DNA from: an uncultured Candidatus Saccharibacteria bacterium
Lineage (GTDB): Bacteria; Patescibacteriota; Saccharimonadia; Saccharimonadales; JAGQNJ01
Length of the DNA: 64,000 nt
Direction: 5' to 3'
Assembly: GCA_964577565.1 (NCBI GenBank)
Contig: CAZNZL010000002.1
Span: 10,054 to 74,053, forward strand
The notes under the pieces were generated by a model. The model made no database searches. It had not been told where the DNA came from and worked only from the letters and a program-made list of their open reading frames with translations. Numbering within the stretch: position 1 is the stretch's first letter; each line of letters opens with the position of its first letter. This document shows positions 22,201 through 32,369 of this stretch, piece after piece. Position numbers and translations under genes: made by a program.

Positions 22201-23304
22201 TTATTCCCAGCGGAAGACACGGAAGGCAATGACGTAAATGACTACCGCCCAAACGGCCATCAAACCCAGCTGCGGCACTATGTCTACAAGCGTTTTACCC
22301 TCGGTAATAATAAAGCGAATACCGTCAACTAACGGCGTCAGCGGTAAGATACTTGAGATGTTTTGTAGCCACTCTGGCATCAAAAAGCGCGGAAAAAACA
22401 CCCCACTCAAAAACATCATCGGAAAGGCTACCAAGTTAGTTAGCGGTGCCGCTTGGTTTTCGTTCTTGGCCCAGCCACCAACGGCTAAACCAAAACCAAA
22501 CATCATCAAAATACCAAGCGCAGAAATAGCTGCAAATGCCAGGTAATTACCTTGCATTTTAAAGTCAAACAGCAACACGCCAACAATGAACAAAAGCGCT
22601 ACCGTAATAATGCCCACAAACAGATAGTTAAGCGCACTGCCTAAAACAAACTGCGAAACACGCAACGGCGTGGCACGCAAACGGCGCAAAATGCCCTCTT
22701 TCTTCATGCTTGGAATACCGTTGGTCGGACCAAAAAAGCCCAAAGACAGAATTGAGAAGCCAAGCAAACCGGCAAAGATGTAGTCAAAGCTACTTAAGCC
22801 TTTTACATCGGTAGATTTTTGTGCAACACTAAACAGTGGTGAAGTTTGGGTGATTTCTTGGTTTATGTCTGTAAGGATACTATCCACAATCGACGCAAAG
22901 GTTTGACCTGTCTGAGCACTGGAAGGACTAAAGTAAACTTCTGCATTGCCGGTTGGTTGACCTTTTTCATTCGGCTCACCAAAAGCTTCGGGCAAGACCA
23001 AAATTGTGTCCGCCTCACCACGGCTCATCTTCTCTTTGGCATCATCGAGCGAATCCGCTTTGGTCTCTTTGACAACGTTACTTTCTTTTAGCTCGTCAAT
23101 AAACTGATTTGAAAACGCAGTTTTTGATTGATTGATAACCACCACATCAAACGACACGCCATTGTTGTTGCGGTTCAGCGAACCAAAGACCAGCAAGAAA
23201 ATCAGCGGAAAGATAAAGGTAAAAAACATGGCCACTTTGTCTCGGAAAAACTGCCGTGTAAGCATTTGTGCCAATCGTCCAATGATTGAAAAATAGCGTT
23301 TCAT
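22201..23304 (-). CDS. ABC-2 type transporter permease
   Basis: 367 aa. One N-terminal TM helix, a large extracytoplasmic loop, then 5 C-terminal TM helices. Adjacent to the ATPase gene. Confidence 0.85.
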   Translation of the reverse strand: MKRYFSIIGRLAQMLTRQFFRDKVAMFFTFIFPLIFLLVFGSLNRNNNGVSFDVVVINQSKTAFSNQFIDELKESNVVKETKADSLDDAKEKMSRGEADTILVLPEAFGEPNEKGQPTGNAEVYFSPSSAQTGQTFASIVDSILTDINQEITQTSPLFSVAQKSTDVKGLSSFDYIFAGLLGFSILSLGFFGPTNGIPSMKKEGILRRLRATPLRVSQFVLGSALNYLFVGIITVALLFIVGVLLFDFKMQGNYLAFAAISALGILMMFGFGLAVGGWAKNENQAAPLTNLVAFPMMFLSGVFFPRFLMPEWLQNISSILPLTPLVDGIRFIITEGKTLVDIVPQLGLMAVWAVVIYVIAFRVFRWE

Positions 23305-24065
23305 TAGTCGCGCAGCTCCTTACCCGTTAAGTCAATAAACACATCCTCAAGGTCAGCTTGTTCTACATGAACTTCTTTTTTAAAGCCTTTATCAAGCAAA
23401 TTCTTGATAAGTTTGCGTGGTGAATCAAGGGCAATTATCTTACCGCCGTCCATTATGGCAACACGGTCACATAGCAGCTGTGCTTCTTCCATATAATGCG
23501 TCGTTAAAATAACCGTGATACCCTTTTCACGAATTTTCTTAATCAAATCCCATAAGTTACGACGAGCTTGTGGGTCAAGGCCCGTTGTCGGCTCGTCTAA
23601 AAATAATACTTTTGGCTTATTAACCAGCGCACTAGCAATGCTAAAACGCTGTTTTTGGCCACCCGACAGCGTATTGACGGTGCTGTTTGCCTTATCAGTT
23701 AGTTGCACTTGTTTAAGAAGTGACAGCGGCGAAACGCGTTGACCGTAAAAAGACCCGAATAATGATAGTAGCTCGACGAGTGTCAACTTATCCATAAATG
23801 CCGAGCTTTGTAGTTGCACACCAATAATCTGTTTGACCTTCTCTTGATCTTTTTTGACGTCTAGCCCCTCGAGCGCTACACTACCGCCATCGATAGGCCG
23901 CATGGCCTCAATCATCTCAAGGGTTGTTGTTTTACCGGCACCGTTAGGACCCAAAATACCGAATATTTCGCCTTTATAGACTTCAAAGCTGATTGATTTA
24001 ACCACGGTTTTACGACCGTAGGTCTTCTTAAGTTGATCAACTTCAACAATAATTTCTTTAGCCAT
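23304..24065 (-). CDS. ABC transporter ATP-binding protein
   Basis: Walker A GPNGAGKTT, signature LSGGQKQR, Walker B LFLDEPTTGLD. Confidence 0.95.
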   Translation of the reverse strand: MAKEIIVEVDQLKKTYGRKTVVKSISFEVYKGEIFGILGPNGAGKTTTLEMIEAMRPIDGGSVALEGLDVKKDQEKVKQIIGVQLQSSAFMDKLTLVELLSLFGSFYGQRVSPLSLLKQVQLTDKANSTVNTLSGGQKQRFSIASALVNKPKVLFLDEPTTGLDPQARRNLWDLIKKIREKGITVILTTHYMEEAQLLCDRVAIMDGGKIIALDSPRKLIKNLLDKGFKKEVHVEQADLEDVFIDLTGKELRD

Positions 24066-24087
24066 TTGCGATTATTATAAACGAAGA

Positions 24088-24109
24088 AGCCCGCTTGTAA
24101 CAGCGGGCT
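24088..24109 (-). terminator. Hairpin downstream of the small gene 24130-24324
   Basis: agcccgct-tgtaac-agcgggct 8-bp stem. The trailing sequence on the minus strand is T-rich rather than a clean T-run. Confidence 0.45.
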
Positions 24110-24129
24110 GTTCTATGCGTTTTTGGTTA

Positions 24130-24324
24130 TTAACCTTTCTTAACAGTCAAAAATCCGTTGCGTGGGTTTTCGTTTACTGTGTAGCCAGCTGGAAGATCAG
24201 TACCTTCTGGTCGCTCGTCTTTGCTGAAGTAGTAAATTCGCTGTTGCTTGCCGCCTCGAAGCGTAACTTCTTTGCTGTTTAGGTAGTATGTAACACCCTT
24301 ACTGTTTGTGTGCTTGTATGCCAT
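24130..24324 (-). CDS. Small basic hypothetical protein (64 aa)
   Basis: SD GAGGGAG lies 7 nt upstream of the ATG at 24324. MAYKHTNSKGVTYYLNSKEVTLRGGKQQRIYYFSKD... Confidence 0.55.
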   Translation of the reverse strand: MAYKHTNSKGVTYYLNSKEVTLRGGKQQRIYYFSKDERPEGTDLPAGYTVNENPRNGFLTVKKG

Positions 24325-24557
24325 CTGACATCTCCCTCTCTTTAGGTTAACGTTAGTACCCCTAACATACTCTGGCAAGCTTTTTATTGTCAACTGTTTT
24401 TTGGGTAGTTTACAGAGTAAAGATGTGGATTACCTGTAGTCCTAGCGCAACAAAAACCTTCATGCAACAGGGGTCAGAAGAAGCTTTTACCATTTAAGAT
24501 TATCTACCCCTATTCAAGCCCAAGCAGATGCATAAAATACAACGTTATAGCTTATGC

Positions 24558-25169
24558 TTACAGAAGTTCTTTGAGCTCTGACTTAAACCAGCGCTCTGTT
24601 AAAAACCTAATCAAAAACAATGCTAAAAAGACACCGGCAAGCAAGAGGCTAAAACCGGCGAGGTCAGGCGACCAGCGCGGACTAACAAAGTCAAACTTAT
24701 ATAAAGCATCAGGGATGGCCGGCAGCTCTGCCTGGCCGCCGCGGGCGCTCACGTACTGCTGCACACAGGGCACGCGGCCTTCTCGTAGAGTACCGCCTTG
24801 GCTTTCGCAGTAATTTTGTGCCTCTTCATACAACGTCTGACTGCCGGCTGCCTGGCGTTGCTGCTCTGCTACCAAGCGTTCATAGGTGTATTTAAGTTGA
24901 ATGGGTTGTTGTAAGCTGCCGCTGGAGAGCCCTGCATTCATATGGGCGTGCATATGTTCGCGTAACCGCTGCAGGGCCGCTTCTGCATCACCGTTTTGCT
25001 CATCGGCTTTTAGCACTTCTTCACGCAAACGAAGTGAGGTGATGTTATTTTGCCGCACCGCAAACACGCCAATCACCAAAAAAACTACAAACGCAGCGAA
25101 AAAATACCACGTGTTGATTGGCTTTAGACGCTTCCAGGCATGCTTTAGCGCACGTTTACTCATAGACAC
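24558..25169 (-). CDS. Hypothetical membrane protein (203 aa, N- and C-terminal TM helices)
   Basis: Long ORF with a TM helix at each end. Confidence 0.6.
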   Translation of the reverse strand: MSMSKRALKHAWKRLKPINTWYFFAAFVVFLVIGVFAVRQNNITSLRLREEVLKADEQNGDAEAALQRLREHMHAHMNAGLSSGSLQQPIQLKYTYERLVAEQQRQAAGSQTLYEEAQNYCESQGGTLREGRVPCVQQYVSARGGQAELPAIPDALYKFDFVSPRWSPDLAGFSLLLAGVFLALFLIRFLTERWFKSELKELL

Positions 25170-25244
25170 AGTATAGCTCTTTGCTGCTTACTTTTACTAG
25201 TTAGGTTGCTTTATCATTTAGGAATTTACCTCTACAATACAATC

Positions 25245-25508
25245 ATGCAAACCCTCTTACTCTTGACACACATAGTAGTGGCCCTAGTGGCGATTCTCTT
25301 TTCAATAGCCGTGATTATTGCTCCACACTTGGCCAAAAGACGGATCATGCTGGCTACAAACACCGTGACCATATTAACTGGAGTAGTGCTCGTTTTATAT
25401 ACGGGGGGAGGTCTAGCTAAGATCTGCTTCGTCGGGTTTTTGTTGGGGGCTATGACATTACTCGCTGAGTTACGTCTATATAGAGCAAAACAGTCAGGAG
25501 CTTTGTGA
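25245..25508 (+). CDS. Small hypothetical membrane protein (87 aa, 3 TM helices)
   Basis: Hydrophobic ORF whose stop codon overlaps the murC-like ATG (TGATG). Confidence 0.45.
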   Translation: MQTLLLLTHIVVALVAILFSIAVIIAPHLAKRRIMLATNTVTILTGVVLVLYTGGGLAKICFVGFLLGAMTLLAELRLYRAKQSGAL

Positions 25509-26818
25509 TGCATATTTTCTTTTCTGGGATTGGCGGCACCGCAATCGGCCCGCTGGCTTTAATTGCCAAACAAGCCGGCTTCACTGTGTCTGGCTCTGAT
25601 AAACAAGATTCGCAGTACATCGAATATCTAAAGAAAAAGGGCATAACCGCTATTCATATTGGTCAAACTAAAGACGCTATTGCCGCCGCTCATGAACAAC
25701 AGCCGATTGACTGGTACGTGTACTCCTCGGCAATTGAGAAAGAAAACCCTCATGCGCCCGAGCTTCAGTTTGTAGCCGAACAAGGTATAAAAAAAAGCAA
25801 ACGCAGTGAGCTACTTAACCTCATCCTTGCAGAGAAAAAGCTTAAACTGATTGCGATTGCTGGCACGCACGGCAAAACTACCACTACCGCAATGGCAATT
25901 TGGTTATTTAAAGAATTAGATATTCCGGTTAGCTATTCAGTAGGTGCCAAAATTAGCTTTGGTGATATGGGGCAGTATCAAAAAGACTCTGAGTATTTTG
26001 TGTATGAAGCCGATGAATTTGACCGAAACTTTTTGGCCTTTGAGCCGCACCTAAGCCTTATTACCGGCGTAACCTGGGACCACCACGAAATTTTTGTTAC
26101 CAGAGAAGATTACCAAGAGGCATTTAAGGACTTTATTAGCCAATCAGATCATACCTTTTTATGGGAGAACGACGCAAATTACCTTGCTTTGCAGGCAGGC
26201 CCCTCGATCACGGTAATGGAACCAGGCACTCATAAACTTAACAAGTTAACTATTAACATGTTAAGTATTCTTGGTTACTTTAATCGTCTTGATGCATGGC
26301 TTGTTATTAACGGCGTACATAAGTTAACAAATGTTGAGCCTGACAAACTAGTTGCTATTATGAACCGCTTCCCCGGCTTGCAACGGCGCATGGAGCAAAT
26401 TATCCCTAACTTGTATAGCGATTACGCCCATACCCCAGAGAAAATCCGGGGCGCCATGAGTGTAGCACTTGAAATAGCAGAAGAAAAAGGCCAACGCGTG
26501 GTGGTCGTATACGAACCGTTAACCAATCGCCGCCAACACTATATGATGGACGATTACAAGGATTGTTTTGAGGGCGCCGCAAAAGTGTACTGGATCCCAA
26601 GTTATCTAGCACGTGAAGACCCAAACCAGCGCATTATTCCGCCAGCCGAGCTCATTGCCCATTTAAGCGACCCGTCAATTGCCGTGCCAATGGAACGTTC
26701 TAACATTCTTAAGAATGTTATCCTGAAACACCTTGAACAGGGCGATATGGTGGTTTGCATGGCTGGTGGCGGTGGCGATAGCCTAGACGAATGGCTCCGC
26801 CAGGAATTTGCATCATGA
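25508..26818 (+). CDS. murC: Mur ligase family protein, UDP-N-acetylmuramate--L-alanine ligase-like (MurC/Mpl)
   Basis: N-terminal Rossmann motif FFSGIGGTAIGPLA, P-loop IAIAGTHGKTTTTAM, and a C-terminal Mur ligase domain. Confidence 0.7.
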   Translation: MHIFFSGIGGTAIGPLALIAKQAGFTVSGSDKQDSQYIEYLKKKGITAIHIGQTKDAIAAAHEQQPIDWYVYSSAIEKENPHAPELQFVAEQGIKKSKRSELLNLILAEKKLKLIAIAGTHGKTTTTAMAIWLFKELDIPVSYSVGAKISFGDMGQYQKDSEYFVYEADEFDRNFLAFEPHLSLITGVTWDHHEIFVTREDYQEAFKDFISQSDHTFLWENDANYLALQAGPSITVMEPGTHKLNKLTINMLSILGYFNRLDAWLVINGVHKLTNVEPDKLVAIMNRFPGLQRRMEQIIPNLYSDYAHTPEKIRGAMSVALEIAEEKGQRVVVVYEPLTNRRQHYMMDDYKDCFEGAAKVYWIPSYLAREDPNQRIIPPAELIAHLSDPSIAVPMERSNILKNVILKHLEQGDMVVCMAGGGGDSLDEWLRQEFAS

Positions 26819-27558
26819 AGATAATACAAGTCAATGCCTGGATGGGTAACCTACTCTATCCCTTGTTAGACTTCGTTAAAGAGCAAGCCCCTGATATTGT
26901 CTGCATGCAAGAGGTCTTTAGCTCAGATTTAACAGTGGGCTTTGACGCTGCAAGATTTAAGGTACTAGAGGCATTTCAAGAACTATTCCCCTATAGTTTT
27001 TTTGCACCAACTTCATCTTTTGAGTATGTCAGTCAGAGCGTAAAGCATGGTAATGCAATTTTTTCTAAACATAGAATCGGCGGAAAACAGACTACATTTG
27101 TAAATGGCACCTACACCGATCTTACAAAAGACAGCTTTGATTATAACATTCGTAACCTGCAGTCCTGTACTGTTGAACTAGCGGGTCGTCCTGTATCAAT
27201 TGTTAATCATCACGGCTATCATCAACTTAGTGATACGGGCAATGCCAAAAGTGTTGAGTGCATGCGAATTGTAGTGGACCACCTCAAAACAATTAAAAAC
27301 CCTCTCATACTTTGTGGTGATTTAAACGTAGCGCCACACAGCGAACCAATACGCTTAATCGAACAAGCACTTGATTTAAATAATCATGTCACTCTGAATG
27401 ATGTAAAGACAACACTTAGTGACGTATTTAGAGTCAAAGACCTGAAGGTCGTTTGCGATTACATTTTTACAAGCAAAGATATTACAATAAACCGCTTTAC
27501 TGTTTCAGACCAAATCGTGTCTGATCATAAAGCCCTCATACTAGAGTTTGATGTCTGA
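26815..27558 (+). CDS. Endonuclease/exonuclease/phosphatase (EEP) family protein
   Basis: MQEV, GDLN and SDHKAL motifs. ATGA overlap with the murC-like stop codon. Confidence 0.8.
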   Translation: MKIIQVNAWMGNLLYPLLDFVKEQAPDIVCMQEVFSSDLTVGFDAARFKVLEAFQELFPYSFFAPTSSFEYVSQSVKHGNAIFSKHRIGGKQTTFVNGTYTDLTKDSFDYNIRNLQSCTVELAGRPVSIVNHHGYHQLSDTGNAKSVECMRIVVDHLKTIKNPLILCGDLNVAPHSEPIRLIEQALDLNNHVTLNDVKTTLSDVFRVKDLKVVCDYIFTSKDITINRFTVSDQIVSDHKALILEFDV

Positions 27559-27559
27559 T

Positions 27560-27985
27560 ATGAAAAAAGTTTATTTTGCATGCTCGATTAGGGGTGGACG
27601 CAATGATGCAGCTGTTTATGCAGAGCTAGTTGATTACCTAAAAGCCCGCTGTACCTTGCTAACTGAGATCTTTGCCGACCAAAAACTGACTGCCAAGGGC
27701 ATGAATAAACCTAGTCACAAAATCTGGAAAATTGATACCGATTGGGTAAAAGAAGTTGACGCGCTCATTGCAGAAGTGAGTAACCCAAGCCTTGGCGTCG
27801 GTTATGAAATCGCCAAAGCCGAAGAATGGCATAAGCCGGTGCTTTGCTTGTATCGCCCGCAACCAGACAAAAGACTATCTGCCATGATTGAGGGTAGTCC
27901 TCATCTTACGCTTGTTACATACTCGCACATTAACGAAGCATTAGCTGCAATCGACAGCTTTTTAAAAGTATTAGCACAAAGATAA
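27560..27985 (+). CDS. 2'-deoxynucleoside 5'-phosphate N-hydrolase (DNPH1/Rcl-like, nucleoside deoxyribosyltransferase fold)
   Basis: YFACSIRGGRNDAAVY...LLTEIF...GVGYEIAKAE resembles the DNPH1 signature. Confidence 0.7.
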   Translation: MKKVYFACSIRGGRNDAAVYAELVDYLKARCTLLTEIFADQKLTAKGMNKPSHKIWKIDTDWVKEVDALIAEVSNPSLGVGYEIAKAEEWHKPVLCLYRPQPDKRLSAMIEGSPHLTLVTYSHINEALAAIDSFLKVLAQR

Positions 27986-28010
27986 CAATTAAAAAGATAA
28001 CAATTAAAAA

Positions 28011-28038
28011 GACCGCGACGCATCGGCCGCGGCCTTTT
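28011..28038. terminator. Convergent-gene terminator hairpin
   Basis: gaccgcg-N10-cgcggcc followed by tttt. It is a perfect stem (with one G.U pair) on the minus strand. It is preceded by a 15-bp tandem duplication, gataacaattaaaaa x2 (27981-28010). Confidence 0.55.
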
Positions 28039-28051
28039 GTTGTTAACGACT

Positions 28052-29950
28052 TTATTTCTTTACTTGCTCAGAAACCTGGCACCATATAAAGGTACACTGA
28101 GTCTTGATGACGTTTGTCAAAGCGCCAGACTTGTTACCAGCCGCATCAACCGCGTAAACAGTATAGACATAGGGTTGGCCTGCTGTCAGTTCTGCCGTGT
28201 CGGTAAAGCCTGAGGTAGTTGGGGTTCCGATCTGGTTGCCATCACGCGTTACGATGTAGTTTGCTACACCAACGTTGTCTGTTGAGGCGGTCCAGCGTAG
28301 GTCAAGTACGTATTTGAGGGTACCCCAGTTCATACGCAAGCTTGATAGCAAGTTAGAAGGTGCAGACGGAGCTTGCGTGTCGGCGCCACCACCGCCACCC
28401 GTACTGCCACCTGAGCTCACGGTAAAGGTTTGGGTCTCGGTAGTGGTGGTGTTACCAGCATTGTCAGTAACACGAACATATATCTTATAGGTACCAGCCG
28501 ATAGGTTAGACATTGTATGTGAGTATGGTGCAGTCGTGTCGGTACCAAGCCAATTATCACCATCATAGAACGATGCGCGGTGCACACCATCAGCGTCGCT
28601 TGCGCTGACGCTAAGCGTTACACTACTACCAACGCTATAGTTGCTTTGTAGTTTTGCGAAGGTCACGGTTGGACCGCCGTTACTCGTAGAAGGCTCTTGT
28701 GGAGTTGGAGTTGGGGTCGTGCTGGTACCATTTACCGTAAAGGTTCGTGCACTGCTCGAAGCGGCAACGCCTTTTGTATCATAGGCTTTGGCGGTTACTG
28801 AGTAATTACCCGCACCTACATTAGACCAGCTGTAGCTATACGGAGAAGTTGTATCTTCACCGAGCTTAGTTGAGCCATTATAGAACTCTACCTTAGCAAT
28901 ACCATCACTGTCACTTGCCGTTGCAGTGAGGTTAATAGTTGCAGGCGCGGTATAGCTTGAGTTAAGACTGCCGAGTGAAACAGATGGTGGATTATTGACG
29001 GTTGGGGTTGTGCCCGTGCCACTGCCGAGCTCCCAGAAACGGAAGTAATCAACTTCCATAGTAGCTGGCACCACTTGTGGTCCGCCATGATCTCTAGATA
29101 TACCGTTATTAAAGATTACGAAGTGTGGTGAATCTACTACGCCATTTGTGTGAGTCCAGATTTGACGCCCATCGTAGTAAAATGTCACGCGGCCTTTTTC
29201 ACGCTTCATACCGTATACATGCCAACCGGTTGCATCAGGCATCCATGATGGGTTCCTGTCGGGTGAGCCGGCGCTACCATTTGGTCCGTGATAGTGCGCA
29301 CGAACGATACCGCCCAAACCTTCTACAATGTCAATTTCACCATTTGCAGGCCAGGTTGGCTGACCATTCGTCCAAAAAGCAGGGAAGTTACTAACCCTGC
29401 CGCCTGAACCGGGGAAGTAAACACGTGCTTCGTAGTAGCCGTACTTATAATCATCAATGTCAGCATCTGTTTGAACCATTCCTGATTTAAACTTGGCTTG
29501 TGAGCCACTTCTTGTTTTACAGCTAGATGAAGAATTTGACTCTGCTTTTAGCTTTAGTGTTCCGCCACCAACCGAAACCTGCTTGGGGTCATAACAGCTT
29601 TCTTCGCCGGAGTTGATAGGAGGTGTAACCGTTGTGTCACTCCCCGCTAGCCAGTTTGGGCGCCATTTTGAAAGGTCAAGACTGGTCCCGTTAAATTCGT
29701 CGCTTTTTGCAGCCACCAAATTGCCTACGCCAGTAACTTCTGCCCCAACAGGACGGACATCGGCTTTAGCGCTGTTATAAATTGCGTAACCAATTAAAGC
29801 AAAGACTACTATTGATAGGAGCGCCATGGCCCGCCGGTTATTTCTTAGACGGACGAGCAGATTATTGCTGCCGCGACTCGAGCGTGCTGGCCGCTTAGCA
29901 GCACGACTTTTAGCTGTTGTTCTAGTTGATTTCTTTTTTGTGTATGCCAT
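28052..29950 (-). CDS. Secreted glycoside hydrolase family 16 protein with two Ig-like domains and a C-terminal FN3 domain
   Basis: N-terminal TM/signal anchor, the GH16 catalytic motif EIDIVE, two ~90-aa repeats (VSL..LNSSYTAPATINLTATASDSDGIAKVEFY / VTFAKLQSNYSVGSSVTLSVSASDADGVHRASFY), and an FN3-like tail. Confidence 0.85.
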   Translation of the reverse strand: MAYTKKKSTRTTAKSRAAKRPARSSRGSNNLLVRLRNNRRAMALLSIVVFALIGYAIYNSAKADVRPVGAEVTGVGNLVAAKSDEFNGTSLDLSKWRPNWLAGSDTTVTPPINSGEESCYDPKQVSVGGGTLKLKAESNSSSSCKTRSGSQAKFKSGMVQTDADIDDYKYGYYEARVYFPGSGGRVSNFPAFWTNGQPTWPANGEIDIVEGLGGIVRAHYHGPNGSAGSPDRNPSWMPDATGWHVYGMKREKGRVTFYYDGRQIWTHTNGVVDSPHFVIFNNGISRDHGGPQVVPATMEVDYFRFWELGSGTGTTPTVNNPPSVSLGSLNSSYTAPATINLTATASDSDGIAKVEFYNGSTKLGEDTTSPYSYSWSNVGAGNYSVTAKAYDTKGVAASSSARTFTVNGTSTTPTPTPQEPSTSNGGPTVTFAKLQSNYSVGSSVTLSVSASDADGVHRASFYDGDNWLGTDTTAPYSHTMSNLSAGTYKIYVRVTDNAGNTTTTETQTFTVSSGGSTGGGGGADTQAPSAPSNLLSSLRMNWGTLKYVLDLRWTASTDNVGVANYIVTRDGNQIGTPTTSGFTDTAELTAGQPYVYTVYAVDAAGNKSGALTNVIKTQCTFIWCQVSEQVKK

Positions 29951-30024
29951 ATTTTGTCTTTTAGCTTATGTTTATATGTCGCCATAATATGACAAGTTTA
30001 AGCTAAATGCAAATATTTTTTACA

Positions 30025-30348
30025 TCACCGGTTATCCCCCGAACCGCTAATCTTGCCCCTGACTTTTCGGTCAGCCATTTTAGTAACATTAATTTGGCCA
30101 ACCATCTCTAAACTGATCCCCAAGTAATCTGCAAGCGTGGCGACGTACCATAAAACATCCCCTAGCTCTTTGGTCATGTCTTTTTTATCAAGCTTTGTAA
30201 CATCTGAGTTGTGATCACGCACAATTTTTTTAACCTTTTCTGCAATCTCGCCGGCTTCACCAACCAAACCAAGCACGCGGTGAAATAACTCATTAGGCTG
30301 ATCGCTCGCTGTTCTGAGTGCTTTTTGCTGGTATTCATCTAGTGTCAT
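30025..30348 (-). CDS. MazG-like nucleotide pyrophosphohydrolase
   Basis: LDEYQ...[15 protein letters not shown]...ELGDVLWY: EExxE and ELxD motifs. Confidence 0.8.
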   Translation of the reverse strand: MTLDEYQQKALRTASDQPNELFHRVLGLVGEAGEIAEKVKKIVRDHNSDVTKLDKKDMTKELGDVLWYVATLADYLGISLEMVGQINVTKMADRKVRGKISGSGDNR

Positions 30349-30935
30349 AGAACCCTCCCTGTTGCTTCATCTATTGTTACGCTTCCTTGCCGTAGCACCT
30401 CAACCGCATCATCAACAACGCGTATTATGGTTGAAGGCAGTCCTTTTAACTCCCCGCCATCAACATAAAAATCCACCATATCATTAAAGTACACTTGTGC
30501 CTGTCTAATGGTTGTTGCGGGCGCTTCTCCTGGTGGGTTAGCGCTAGAGGTTATAAGCGGCCCTGTTATATTAAGTAAGGTGCGCAGACCTTCATTGTTG
30601 GGCACCCTTACTGCTATCGTATACGTTCCCTTATGTAAGTAGTCCAAAACTGGGCCGGTAGGTATCTCTATACTAATTGCACCTGGCCAGTAGTGTTCAA
30701 CTGCCACCAAGTAACGCTTCTTCAGGCCAAGCTCCACCAACTGATCAATAGAGGCAGCAATAAGTGTACCGGATTTAGTCACGCGTTTTTTATGCGCATA
30801 AAGTCGCGAGGCAGCCGGTTCGTTGCTGGCACACGCAACTACACCATACAACGTATCGGTTGGGATTATACCAACCTTACCTGATGTAAGCTCATCGGCG
30901 GATTGCAATAATGTTTTATAAACTGGCGAATTCAT
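30345..30935 (-). CDS. tsaC: L-threonylcarbamoyladenylate synthase (TsaC/YwlC/Sua5 family)
   Basis: PTDTLYG, SANPPG and STIIRV motifs. ATGA overlap with the mazG-like gene. Confidence 0.85.
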   Translation of the reverse strand: MNSPVYKTLLQSADELTSGKVGIIPTDTLYGVVACASNEPAASRLYAHKKRVTKSGTLIAASIDQLVELGLKKRYLVAVEHYWPGAISIEIPTGPVLDYLHKGTYTIAVRVPNNEGLRTLLNITGPLITSSANPPGEAPATTIRQAQVYFNDMVDFYVDGGELKGLPSTIIRVVDDAVEVLRQGSVTIDEATGRVL

Positions 30936-30966
30936 GTCGTTACCGTGTATTATACCTATATACGTA

Positions 30967-31860
30967 ATGTGGGAATCGCTTTTAATTAGTCTTGAGTCGC
31001 GTTTTAACGAAGTTTGGCATCTATTTGTAGATTGGGCAGCCGCTCATTTACTACAAATTATCATTATCATCATTGGCGCTGAGCTTGTTTATCGACTGGG
31101 TACCAAGACGATTAACCGTATAGTGCATCGCGCCACACACCGGCCAGATCTCTTTCCTACCGCCGTTGATCGCCGTAAGCGCTTAAAAACCCTAGACAGC
31201 CTTGTTAATGCTACGCTTCGTTTATTTGTATTTATCATTGCAACCATTATGGTTATTAATGAACTTGGCGTTAACACCGGGCCGTTGATTGCCAGCGCCG
31301 GTATTATTGGCGTAGCTCTGGGTTTTGGTGCGCAAAGCCTGATTAAAGATTTTATGAGCGGCTTTTTCATCATCACCGAGAACCAGTACCGGGTTGGTGA
31401 CGTTATTGAGCTCTCCACACAGCTTGGTGGCTTTCGAGTAACCGGAACGGTTGAAGCCATTACCATCCGCACGACGGTACTGCGCGACTTAAGCGGTCAG
31501 CTTCATCATATTCCAAACGGCAATATAGCCGTTACTACCAATATGACCATGAACTTTGCTAACCTCAACGAAGATGTATTAGTTGATAAAGCTACCGATA
31601 TTGATAAGCTAGAACACGTCATTAACCATGTAGGAGAAGAACTCGCCGAAAACCCAGACTATAAACGGCACATTATAGAAGCGCCGCATTTTGAACGAAT
31701 CGAAGTTGTCAGCGATGATGGCTTGGTAGTAAAAGTGCTTGGCAAAACCACACCTGGCGACCAATGGTTAATAAAAGGTGCTTTTTACCGCCAGCTTATG
31801 AAAGCGTTTGCTAAAAACCACATTAAATTAGCTAAAGCTCAAGCTATGATCAACTCTTAA
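30967..31860 (+). CDS. Mechanosensitive ion channel (MscS family)
   Basis: Three TM helices, then the GFGAQSLIKDFMSGFFIITENQYRVGDVI signature. Start taken at MWESLL to avoid a divergent overlap with tsaC. Confidence 0.85.
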   Translation: MWESLLISLESRFNEVWHLFVDWAAAHLLQIIIIIIGAELVYRLGTKTINRIVHRATHRPDLFPTAVDRRKRLKTLDSLVNATLRLFVFIIATIMVINELGVNTGPLIASAGIIGVALGFGAQSLIKDFMSGFFIITENQYRVGDVIELSTQLGGFRVTGTVEAITIRTTVLRDLSGQLHHIPNGNIAVTTNMTMNFANLNEDVLVDKATDIDKLEHVINHVGEELAENPDYKRHIIEAPHFERIEVVSDDGLVVKVLGKTTPGDQWLIKGAFYRQLMKAFAKNHIKLAKAQAMINS

Positions 31861-31874
31861 AGTCTATAAAGTAA

Positions 31875-32369
31875 CTAGAGCCCCAGCGCGTCATCGCTGA
31901 CATCATTTGGCTTAAAATCTTCAGCGTCATTAACGCTATTCATGCTTTCATCAATTTGTTGAATAACTTTATCGACGCCTTCTGGAGTTGCCTCAACCGT
32001 ATTTGCATCTTCTTTGGGTGCCGCTGGTTCAGGTTGCGGTGTAACTACCGGGGCAGCCTCTTTGTTCATTACCATAAAGTAGTAATATGCACCACCACCT
32101 GCCGCTAACAGTAAGATTATAAGTAAAACAATGAGCGGTTTTTTAGAGCGCTTAGGCTTAGAAACAATCGGCTGCTGGGGCGCAGGTTCAGCTGGGGCTG
32201 GTACGGGCGTGAGCGAAGGCGGTTGTGTATCATTGTCGAGTCGAGGTCGCGTGTATTCCATGGTTGCCGGGCGGCCAAGCGAGCTACCGGGCTTAATGAC
32301 CGTTGGTTGACTCGGCCGCTGAATATCCATTACGGGTGACCCTGGATTATTTTCTTTATTGGGTTGCAT
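31875..32369 (-). CDS. Proline-rich single-pass membrane protein (164 aa)
   Basis: Pro-rich N-terminus and a central TM helix (LIVLLIILLLAAGGGAYYYFMV). Confidence 0.55.
   Translation of the reverse strand: MQPNKENNPGSPVMDIQRPSQPTVIKPGSSLGRPATMEYTRPRLDNDTQPPSLTPVPAPAEPAPQQPIVSKPKRSKKPLIVLLIILLLAAGGGAYYYFMVMNKEAAPVVTPQPEPAAPKEDANTVEATPEGVDKVIQQIDESMNSVNDAEDFKPNDVSDDALGL

Noticed and set aside
27981-28010. A 15-bp tandem duplication, gataacaattaaaaa x2, overlapping the DNPH1-like stop codon.
   Set aside because: There are only two AT-rich copies. This is most simply a replication-slippage duplication next to the terminator, with no evidence of function.
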